Positions 1 through 8,277 of a DNA stretch of 64,000 nucleotides are shown in pieces. A program made the position numbers and the translations under genes. Each line of letters opens with the position of its first letter. Within the stretch, counting starts at the first letter, position 1. Under the pieces are notes generated by a model, which did no database searches, was not told the DNA's origin, and saw only the letters and a list, made by a program, of their open reading frames with translations. The DNA is taken from NCBI GenBank assembly GCA_030747785.1, contig JASLKC010000014.1:35873-99872 (forward strand), in the 5' to 3' direction. This DNA is from Candidatus Poseidoniaceae archaeon (GTDB lineage: Archaea > Thermoplasmatota > Poseidoniia > Poseidoniales > Poseidoniaceae).

Positions 1-52
1 TGCGATGCTTTGAAGGAATACTCCCCTTCGGCAGAAATGAGGGGATGAGACC

Positions 53-2638
53 ATGTCGCAAGGCCAGATGCCAACGATTCGAGGAACTGAATGGTCCGGA
101 GGCCCTCCTCTTGAATTTCAGAACCTCCTTCCTGCTGATGCAGCAAAGGATGAACTGATGCGTTTTATTTCCGAACGCCACGATGGCCATCTTCCATTAA
201 TTTCAGCGTTTTGGGACCATGTTATTCGTGATGAAACATCATTCGATGGTGAATCATGGCATATCCACACTCAGAGAGTATTAGATGCACTAAAAAAGGG
301 GCTATCGGCTCGTATTGATGCAACGGGGTTATCCGGGAAAAGCGAAGTTATTCCTCGTAGAGATACAAAGACTCACCTCGATCGTAGGGCGAGTCGATTA
401 CTCGTAGATGTCCACCTTTGTCTTCGCCGTTTAGCACAGTATATGGCAGTCACAATTGAACAGCGACTTGAGTGGCAGAGAATGATGACACGTACTCGTA
501 ATTTAGACGAACACCTGAAGGCATTATTTTTCGAAGGAATGGAGACTCCAGACGGTAGTAGATTTGGAGGCAAGGGATTCCGTTCAACTTGGCAAGAAGC
601 ATGCGTTGCAGCAGGTACTGCCCTTGAACGACAGCCACAAAATGAGCCAGATTCCGAGTATTCTGGAGATTATGTCGCACCAATGATTCGCGATGTAGGA
701 CTTTGCATGGCTATGGGCGACAGCCCCCGAAATATTATCACTGCTCAGATGGGTAAATCAGAGTCAGTAATGGATGGTGGACATGCTGGTGCAGGCGGTA
801 GAGACCTTCACGTTGGATGCTTTCATCGTGGCGTTTTACCCCCAACTGCTCCTCTGCCCATTGCTTCGGTCACACTGACAGGAATGGCACTTGGTTCCAT
901 GAGAAAGGGTGAGGAGCGATTCCATCTCGCCTGTATTGGCGAAGGTTCATCTTCATCTGGAGAGTGGTGGGAAGCAATCAATTTTGCCGCAACTCGTGGA
1001 CTTCCAATTGGATATGTTTTGCAAAATAATCAGATTGCATTAGATACACCAACAGCTCACCAGTCCAATGCAGAATTATGGGGAGATAAGGGTGTAGCAA
1101 TGGGAATGCCCTCATGGGCAATAGATGGTTCAGATCCCGCAGCATGGCATGCATCGGTTGCAACCGCCAGAGAATTCTCACTTTCAGGGGCAGGTCCAAC
1201 TCTAATTCATGTAGAAACAATGCGTGGTTGCGGGCACGCACATCACCATGACGACCTTTATCTCGGTGCACCATCGGGAACGCCGCCAGGATATGTTGAC
1301 CGTGATTTGCTTTCATATTGGGAGGCAAAAGACCCTATTCCTACACATCGTCATCTTTTACTCGAACTCGGAGTTAGTGAATCAGAATTAGAACAGATGG
1401 AAGTTGAGGAAAAGGAATTGGTAGACACTGCGCGTGAAGAAGTCGAAGAGATGGATTGGGCAGATCCGGAAACAGTGACAATTGGAGTCACTTCTCTTCA
1501 TGATGCAGATACTCATGAAACGCACCTTAAGCGATTGGAAGGTGCAGCAGTCAATGAGGAATCAGAGTCACCTTTAGCAGTTGGTGAGTGTTCACTTACT
1601 TATGTTGAGTCAGGCGGCTGGACATATGCTAGAGCGATTCAACAAGCCATGTGTGACATCGCTTCTCATTATGGTGACAAGACCTTTTTCATGGGTGAAG
1701 ACATGGAGGTTGCTGGTGCTTTTGGGATGAATATTCCACTCAAAGCAAATGGGCATCAGGACAAGTTGCTAGACATGCCACTTTGCGAGGCTGTCATCAT
1801 TCATTCAGCAACAGGTGCAGCCCTCTCTGGATTGCGCCCGATGGCTGAGATCCAATTCGGTGGTTTCGCAGCATTAGCTCATAATGCTCTAATCAATAAT
1901 GCTGCAATGCTTCGCTGGAGATGGGGGGCAAATGTTCCTTTGACTATCCGTTGTCCATTGGGAGCGAGGACTCGCAGTGGACCATTCCATGCAAATATGA
2001 TTGAGTCTTGGTATGCTAACGACCCCGGACTGGTTGTCCTTGCTCCAGGCACTCCTCAAGATGCGTATGACCTCCTAATGGAGGCTGCTGAATTAGACGA
2101 CCCGGTGATGTTCCTCGAGCACATTGGATTGTATGGGTTGAGAGGAGGAAAGACCGGATGGGGCATGAATATCAATCAGAATGTCGATACTCAACCGGTC
2201 AATGATGCAATCGCAGCAGGCAAGCGTCTCAAGATAGGCAAAGCAGGAGTCATAAGAGGTGGCAAAGATGTCACTCTAGTCACTTGGGGAGCGATGGTTC
2301 ATATCGCATTGCAGGCTGCTGAAGAGCTATCTTCTGAAGGAATTGAGGTCGAGATTATCGATCTACGTACTTTGATTCCATTCGATGCAGAAACTTGTGT
2401 TCAAAGCGTAGTCCGTACTGGCAGGCTAGTGGTTCTACACGAAGGACAATGGTTTGGCGGCTTAGGAAATTCCATTCAGAGTAGAATTATTGAAGAGGCA
2501 TTCTATGCTCTTGAATCGGCCCCGTTAGTGATTGGAGCTCTTGATACTCCTGTACCGTTTGCTCCACAACTTGAGAACCACACAGTTCCTTCTGCGGAAT
2601 ATGTCGTTAAGGCCCTTCGTCAAGTCAGTCAAGGATGA
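53..2638 (+). CDS. 2-oxoacid dehydrogenase E1, fused alpha/beta subunits (TPP-dependent), with N-terminal extension
   Basis: TPP motif GEGSSSSGEWWEAINFA...NN; E1-beta motifs MGED, PLCE, AEIQFGGF, G.DVTLVTWG, EIIDLRTLIPFD, DTPVPF. Confidence 0.9.
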   Translation: MSQGQMPTIRGTEWSGGPPLEFQNLLPADAAKDELMRFISERHDGHLPLISAFWDHVIRDETSFDGESWHIHTQRVLDALKKGLSARIDATGLSGKSEVIPRRDTKTHLDRRASRLLVDVHLCLRRLAQYMAVTIEQRLEWQRMMTRTRNLDEHLKALFFEGMETPDGSRFGGKGFRSTWQEACVAAGTALERQPQNEPDSEYSGDYVAPMIRDVGLCMAMGDSPRNIITAQMGKSESVMDGGHAGAGGRDLHVGCFHRGVLPPTAPLPIASVTLTGMALGSMRKGEERFHLACIGEGSSSSGEWWEAINFAATRGLPIGYVLQNNQIALDTPTAHQSNAELWGDKGVAMGMPSWAIDGSDPAAWHASVATAREFSLSGAGPTLIHVETMRGCGHAHHHDDLYLGAPSGTPPGYVDRDLLSYWEAKDPIPTHRHLLLELGVSESELEQMEVEEKELVDTAREEVEEMDWADPETVTIGVTSLHDADTHETHLKRLEGAAVNEESESPLAVGECSLTYVESGGWTYARAIQQAMCDIASHYGDKTFFMGEDMEVAGAFGMNIPLKANGHQDKLLDMPLCEAVIIHSATGAALSGLRPMAEIQFGGFAALAHNALINNAAMLRWRWGANVPLTIRCPLGARTRSGPFHANMIESWYANDPGLVVLAPGTPQDAYDLLMEAAELDDPVMFLEHIGLYGLRGGKTGWGMNINQNVDTQPVNDAIAAGKRLKIGKAGVIRGGKDVTLVTWGAMVHIALQAAEELSSEGIEVEIIDLRTLIPFDAETCVQSVVRTGRLVVLHEGQWFGGLGNSIQSRIIEEAFYALESAPLVIGALDTPVPFAPQLENHTVPSAEYVVKALRQVSQG

Positions 2639-2661
2639 ACTGGTCCGAACATCGTTCATGA

Positions 2662-2683
2662 AATGGGCCCTTAAGGGCCCATT
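2662..2683. promoter_or_regulatory. Perfect 22-bp palindrome AATGGGCCCTTAAGGGCCCATT (hairpin or protein-binding site)
   Basis: Read directly from the sequence, intergenic; flanked by further imperfect inverted arms (ttcat/atgaa, atcgtt/aacgat). Function is inferred. Confidence 0.55.
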
Positions 2684-2744
2684 AATGAAAAAAACGATTG
2701 AATAATCGGTAACCATCAAAGAGGACCGCCATTTCCGAGGGGTT

Positions 2745-3872
2745 ATGGATGGGGAGAAAGGTGTTCAAAGAATGGGCTCCTTCCTTCATTGGAATGCATT
2801 GACAATTACTCTGACGCTATTTATTTCACTAGCTAGTATTGACTTTCTCAAAGAATCCAATGATTGGGAGCAAATCTACATTATGATTTTCCTGATTATT
2901 ATTGCATTAGCATTACTGATTACTTCTACCAATTACTTCATTGAAGGCGCTAAGGGGTTAGCACGAACAGCAGGTATCGCTGAGGTAGTTATTGGGCTTA
3001 CGATTGTGTCTATTGGTACATCATTGCCTGAGATATTATTCACAACAACTTCTGCAATAAAATCAACTGCTGACCCAAATTTAGCAGATCTAGCGATTGG
3101 TAATATCTATGGTTCGGTATTGGTACAAATCACACTTGTACTCGGTATCGTCGTACTTTTCAAACCCTTAGAAATTAGGCCGGCATGGCTTAGGCGAGAC
3201 GGTTTGCTGATGTTTTTGTCTCTTCTAACATTGACTGCACTACTTTGGGAAGGAGGCGGATTATCACGAATAGAGGGAGCGATTCTATGTTTGATTTATG
3301 TTGTTTACATTATGTGGTTATTGAATGACCGTGAAGACATCAAAGAGGATGAACTTAAGTTGGATACTGCAAATCCATCTAGTAATCTAAGTTGGTCCGG
3401 TACAGCCTATTTTATCATGTTAGTAATCGGTCTTACAATGGCAGTTTATGCAGCAAATGAATTGGTTAGTAATGCCACAGATGTTGCTTACAAAGTTGAT
3501 GTCCCGCATGCAATAGTAGGTGCAACGGTGACGGGCCTTGGAACTTCATTACCAGAACTTACTGTTGCGATGGTTGCAGCCCGCAAGAGCCAGGGTGTTG
3601 CTATTGGTACCCTTATTGGCTCAAATATAACTGACCCATTGCTTTCAATTGGCATCGCAGCAATGGCAAATCCATTTTCAATGACCACTGCAGCAACACC
3701 ACTGCTTGCAAATCTCATTATCCCTGCAACTTTACTCGGCGTCTTCATATGTTTGTTAATGATGTGGAGTGGTTACAAATTTTCACGTTTTGAAGGAATT
3801 ATCTTGATAGCATTCTATCTAATTTACATCGTTCTAATTGAGTTACATCGCCAAGGCTTCATTACATTGTGA
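2745..3872 (+). CDS. Ca2+:cation antiporter (CaCA/YrbG family)
   Basis: Two alpha-repeats GTSLPE (IVSIGTSLPE, LGTSLPEL), GNIYGS/IGSNI, many TM helices. Confidence 0.9.
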   Translation: MDGEKGVQRMGSFLHWNALTITLTLFISLASIDFLKESNDWEQIYIMIFLIIIALALLITSTNYFIEGAKGLARTAGIAEVVIGLTIVSIGTSLPEILFTTTSAIKSTADPNLADLAIGNIYGSVLVQITLVLGIVVLFKPLEIRPAWLRRDGLLMFLSLLTLTALLWEGGGLSRIEGAILCLIYVVYIMWLLNDREDIKEDELKLDTANPSSNLSWSGTAYFIMLVIGLTMAVYAANELVSNATDVAYKVDVPHAIVGATVTGLGTSLPELTVAMVAARKSQGVAIGTLIGSNITDPLLSIGIAAMANPFSMTTAATPLLANLIIPATLLGVFICLLMMWSGYKFSRFEGIILIAFYLIYIVLIELHRQGFITL

Positions 3873-3923
3873 TTTCTAATTATTCACAGTACTGCTTATG
3901 CCCCTCGGCCTTGTGGGGTTAAC

Positions 3924-5072
3924 ATGGTCGACTTCCAGCTCGATGAGATGCAGGAGATGCTTCGTGAACTCGCGCATGAGTTTGCGGTCGATGAGATCAG
4001 ACCTAATGCTGAGCATTGGGACATGAATTCAGAATACCCTCTTGCTACAATCAAGGCAGCCCATGAGATGGGTTTGTTGAACCTTCACATTGGTGAAGAA
4101 TACGGTGGACCGGGACTTGGAAGTATGGAGGAAGTTCTCGTTAACGAGGAATTAGGATGGGGAGACCCAGGATTTGCTACAGCAGCATATGCGACATCCC
4201 TCGCTTGTGCTCCACTCATTACCGGCGGAACTCATGAACAGAAGGATAAGTACTTGCGAATGGTAGCCGAAAATGGTGCACTTGCCTCATATGGAGTCAC
4301 AGAGCCAGGAGCTGGCTCCGATGTAGCCGCATGCAAAACAACGGCGATTCGTGATGGTGATGATTACATCATTAACGGCTCGAAAATGTTCATCACTGGA
4401 GCCGGTCATGCAGATTGGTTCTTCATTTTAGCTAAGACCGATCCCGATGCAGGATACAAAGGAATGTCTGGATTCATTGTAGATGCAGATTCACCTGGGC
4501 TTACTTTGGGAAAGAAGGAGAGTAATATGGGGCAACGTTGCTCAGATACACGCTCTCTAAATTTCGATGACATGAGAGTTTCAGCAGAAAATCTCTGCGG
4601 AGGTAGTGAATCAGGTGGTTGGATGAACGCAATGAAGGCATTTGACATGAGTCGCCCAAATATTGCAGCCCATGCAACCGGTCTTGCCCGTGCTGCTTTC
4701 GAGCATTCTCTTCAGTACTCCAATGAACGCCAGACTTTCGGCAAACCACTCCATCGTCATCAAGCAATTCAGTTCATGCTTGCAGATATGAAGACCAAAA
4801 TCGAAGCATCGAGGATGCTTACTTGGAAATCAGCATGCGAAGCCGATGCAGGAATTCAAAATACTGAATCTGCAGCCCATGCAAAGCGTTTCGCCGCAGA
4901 TACTGCAATGGAAGTTTCCACCGATGCCGTACAAGTTTACGGCGGATATGGATACTCTGAGGAGTACCCGGTTGCTCGCCTAATGCGAGGAGCCAAGGTT
5001 ATGCAAATTTATGAGGGCTCAAGTCAAGTTCAACGCATGATTATCGGTCGTGAGATTACCAAGGGCCTGTGA
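3924..5072 (+). CDS. Acyl-CoA dehydrogenase
   Basis: TEPGAGSD, INGSKMFIT, RQTFGKPL, QVYGGYGY, IYEGSSQVQR. Confidence 0.95.
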   Translation: MVDFQLDEMQEMLRELAHEFAVDEIRPNAEHWDMNSEYPLATIKAAHEMGLLNLHIGEEYGGPGLGSMEEVLVNEELGWGDPGFATAAYATSLACAPLITGGTHEQKDKYLRMVAENGALASYGVTEPGAGSDVAACKTTAIRDGDDYIINGSKMFITGAGHADWFFILAKTDPDAGYKGMSGFIVDADSPGLTLGKKESNMGQRCSDTRSLNFDDMRVSAENLCGGSESGGWMNAMKAFDMSRPNIAAHATGLARAAFEHSLQYSNERQTFGKPLHRHQAIQFMLADMKTKIEASRMLTWKSACEADAGIQNTESAAHAKRFAADTAMEVSTDAVQVYGGYGYSEEYPVARLMRGAKVMQIYEGSSQVQRMIIGREITKGL

Positions 5073-5620
5073 TTGAAATGGGCAAGGGCATACCCGCTGT
5101 CATTCTTGCAGCGGGAGCATCGTCGAGACTTGGACAACCCAAGGCCTTGGTCGAATGGGATGGCGAGACTCTCACGGGTCGTGCTGTTCGATTGCTCAAA
5201 GAGAGTGGATGCTCCCCAATCATTGTGGTGACTAGGCCAGAACTTCTAGTCGATGTGGCAATCGCATCTAGAGGTGCAAATGTTGTGGTTAATCAGTATC
5301 CCGAAGAAGGCAGAACCGGATCTTTGCAAGTAGGACTCCTTGCTCTGATGGGAGATAATGGCCGTATCCCGAGACGTGTATTCGTTGTACCAGTTGACCG
5401 TTGTGGTTGGCAAAAAGAGACTCTCGAAACTTTGCTTAAGGAAACGACAGATTCCTCGCCGAATCCTTCTGGGCATCCTTTGCTTCTATGTTCGGTTGAG
5501 GATGTTCTAGCGAGCGGCCCTGATGAGCCGTTACGTGATATCGTACGTTTTTCTCGAATTGATGCACCCGGTGAACATTTGAACATTGATGCACCCGCCG
5601 ATTTGGAGGCGCTCAAATGA
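5069..5620 (+). CDS. mocA: Molybdenum cofactor cytidylyltransferase-like NTP transferase (MocA family)
   Basis: ILAAGASSRLGQPKAL, PVD, GHP, NIDAPAD; coupled to xdhC (alternative ATG at 5078). Confidence 0.75.
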   Translation: MIEMGKGIPAVILAAGASSRLGQPKALVEWDGETLTGRAVRLLKESGCSPIIVVTRPELLVDVAIASRGANVVVNQYPEEGRTGSLQVGLLALMGDNGRIPRRVFVVPVDRCGWQKETLETLLKETTDSSPNPSGHPLLLCSVEDVLASGPDEPLRDIVRFSRIDAPGEHLNIDAPADLEALK

Positions 5621-6420
5621 CTGCAATCACTCTTGCATGGGCTATTGAGCGTCTCGGTGATGGCAAAAAGGTAGGACTCGCCTCTGTAATCTCTACTTCG
5701 GGTTCTGTTCCAGGAAAAGAAGGAGCCCGTCTTGCGTTATGTGATTCGGACTCGCATGGAACAATCGGTGGAGCTGGATTAGAATTGAGTGTGTCCAAAC
5801 GATTGAGAGAACTTGTTGATAGCGCAGTAAAGCCATGCGGCGAAGTACTCACCTTCGGCTTGAATAAGGGGGCCAAGGGCTATGAGGTTACACCACTCGA
5901 CAGCCTTTGTGGCGGTCGAGTGACCGTCGCTTTGGAGGTCTTGATTCCTATGCCGCACATACTTCTAATGGGTGGAGGACATTGTGCGATTGCGATCGCT
6001 CAAGCTTGTAAGCCACTGGGTTGGTCATACTCAGTACAAGATTCAAGAGCAGAATTTTCTTCTATTGATGGTGCAAAAGAGACACATCATTCCTGCCCAG
6101 GTGACTTCTTGATGGCAGAGAATTCAGATTCACTATTGCGCTTCAGCGATATCCTATTGCTGGGCCATGATTGGAATGAAGACGAAGAAAGACTTCTCGG
6201 ATTGATATTCGCCGGTTATTCTGGCCGCCTCGGTGTAATCGGATCAAAATCAAAATGGAAAGCGTTCAGCAAGGTTGCCATTGATTCTGGAGTCACCCAA
6301 GAGCAATTAGATGCAGTAAACTGTCCAATTGGATTAGATATTGGTGCTGAAAGCCCAGAAGAGATTGCAATTGCAGTAATTGCTGAGATATTGGCAGCAC
6401 ACAAAGGTATCAATCTTTGA
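5617..6420 (+). CDS. xdhC: XdhC/CoxI family molybdenum cofactor insertion chaperone
   Basis: GSVPGKEGA, GTIGG, CGG, GGGH, GVIGSKSK, PIGLDIGAESPEEIAIAVIAEI. Confidence 0.92.
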   Translation: MTAITLAWAIERLGDGKKVGLASVISTSGSVPGKEGARLALCDSDSHGTIGGAGLELSVSKRLRELVDSAVKPCGEVLTFGLNKGAKGYEVTPLDSLCGGRVTVALEVLIPMPHILLMGGGHCAIAIAQACKPLGWSYSVQDSRAEFSSIDGAKETHHSCPGDFLMAENSDSLLRFSDILLLGHDWNEDEERLLGLIFAGYSGRLGVIGSKSKWKAFSKVAIDSGVTQEQLDAVNCPIGLDIGAESPEEIAIAVIAEILAAHKGINL

Positions 6421-6943
6421 ACAAGGTCGCCCTGTGGTGGCGTAATTCTTCAATCGATTCGATGATATCATCAAGGGCGCGGTGCGCTTCTTTTTTCTGA
6501 AACCTTTGAACTTCAGGGTACCATCTATTTGCCAGTTCTTTGATAGTTGAAACATCGATTAAACGATAGTGAAGAAGGTCAAGAACTTGCGGCATCTCCT
6601 TGGCGAGAAATGCCCTATCTGTGTGAATTGAGTTGCCACATAGAGGCGATTTACCACGTTCTATATATTGTTCTAGGAAGTTACAAGTTTGTTGACTTGC
6701 TTCTTCGAGGCTAACTCCCTCGCTGCGAATTCTATCGACTAGGCCACTGGCGTGGTGGTGCTCTGTATTCCATTCATCCATGCCTGAGATGAGCTCTTCC
6801 GAAACTGATATTGCAAGATTAGGACCGGTTGCGATGATGTTGAGTTCACTATCGGTGACGATGCTGGCAATCTCGATGATTGACTCTTTCTCGATGTCGA
6901 GTCCCGTCATCTCCAAATCGATCCAGACCATCTCTCCGCCCAT
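6410..6943 (-). CDS. orn: Oligoribonuclease (DEDDh exonuclease)
   Basis: WIDLEMTGLD, IIEIASIVTD, MDEWNTEHH..SGL, GNSIHTDRAFL, HYRLIDVSTIKEL, HRALDDIIESIEEL. Confidence 0.95.
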   Translation of the reverse strand: MGGEMVWIDLEMTGLDIEKESIIEIASIVTDSELNIIATGPNLAISVSEELISGMDEWNTEHHHASGLVDRIRSEGVSLEEASQQTCNFLEQYIERGKSPLCGNSIHTDRAFLAKEMPQVLDLLHYRLIDVSTIKELANRWYPEVQRFQKKEAHRALDDIIESIEELRHHRATLFKD

Positions 6944-7014
6944 GTGTATGCCAGTAGGAATCAGCCCTTCAGGGCTGCGGATGGTTCTAAAGTGATGGCA
7001 GGCCGGGTATTGAC

Positions 7015-8277
7015 ATGCTTCGGGCTCTCATTCTGACCTCCTTGGTCCTCCTTTCGGGACTTTCAGGATGTCTCTCGGATGATGAGAAGATTGTGGTCGA
7101 ACCACCAGTAATCGATGATGGCTTCAGAGCATTCAGCGTCATCTCGCCAATCGACACCGGAATCAATCCCTACCATAACCACTTCCAGACCAACGAGACA
7201 CTTCCTCAATGGTTAATCGATGACATGCTAACCACTTTGGTGTGCAACCTTACGACCGAAGGCAGTTATTCCGAGCGCCTCTCTGCCGATATGGAGACCT
7301 GCTGGAACCTAATCACCATCGATGATATTGTGTACTTTACAGGCACCAGAATTTTTGCCTCATCCTCGGGTGATACTGGCCAGTTGATTCTCGATGATCC
7401 ATCTGATGGACACGGTACTGCCGTGACTGGAGCGGTTCTGGATGCTGACCCGGATGCAATCATCTACTTCGTCGAGGGTTTCAGTGATGAGGCGGTTTTG
7501 TTAGCGGGAACGCACCCAATGGTCGATGTCATCACCACTTCATTCGGTGCCCCTGGAAGCGTGCCTGTTCCGGGAATAGAAGATGCGACGAAGGTTGCGG
7601 TCATTGACCATTACAAGATTCACACCGGTGCGGCGGACAATTCACCTTCTCCAGCAATCCAGGATGCCACAGCTGGTCCACCTTGGTCTATCGGCGTTTC
7701 AGGCTACGCCGAAGGCGAGGATGATCAAAAGGAAACTATGTCGGGCTCATATCCAGACATGGCATCGGACTGGACGCAAATCCTACCTAACCATCAGGAT
7801 GTAGATGGTTACCACGAGACCTCTGGCACCTCATTCGCCACGCCCAGAACTGCAGGCTTCCTCGGTCATGTGATGACGACCTTGAGGGCTGAGTTCAATG
7901 ATAGCGGCTCTGGAGGCAGGAATGGTTCTCTAGTCGACGGTGATGTTCAAATTACCAACTCTGACATCCGAAACGCCCTCAATTTATCGGGATGGTACCC
8001 GAGCGGCACTGGATGGGACCCCAGTACCGGAACCATCCCTATCTCCCCTGTAGCACCGTGCACCCAAGTCGGCTGGGGTGTTCTCAACTGGTCGAACATC
8101 GATGGAATGATCTCCCACCTCAACGGCTCCTCAACCCTTCCAGACAGGCCGGGTGATGTGGTCTTGTGTATGGAACTCAACCAACAGGCTAGGGAAGCTT
8201 ACTGGGGTGTATACCCCTCGCTAGACATCCCGGCGATGGGCCATTCCATTGGAATGGCTATCGTCGAGCGTGATTGA
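7015..8277 (+). CDS. Subtilisin-like (S8) serine peptidase, predicted lipoprotein
   Basis: Lipobox-like LSGLSGC; triad motifs DTG, HGT, GTSFATP. Confidence 0.8.
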   Translation: MLRALILTSLVLLSGLSGCLSDDEKIVVEPPVIDDGFRAFSVISPIDTGINPYHNHFQTNETLPQWLIDDMLTTLVCNLTTEGSYSERLSADMETCWNLITIDDIVYFTGTRIFASSSGDTGQLILDDPSDGHGTAVTGAVLDADPDAIIYFVEGFSDEAVLLAGTHPMVDVITTSFGAPGSVPVPGIEDATKVAVIDHYKIHTGAADNSPSPAIQDATAGPPWSIGVSGYAEGEDDQKETMSGSYPDMASDWTQILPNHQDVDGYHETSGTSFATPRTAGFLGHVMTTLRAEFNDSGSGGRNGSLVDGDVQITNSDIRNALNLSGWYPSGTGWDPSTGTIPISPVAPCTQVGWGVLNWSNIDGMISHLNGSSTLPDRPGDVVLCMELNQQAREAYWGVYPSLDIPAMGHSIGMAIVERD

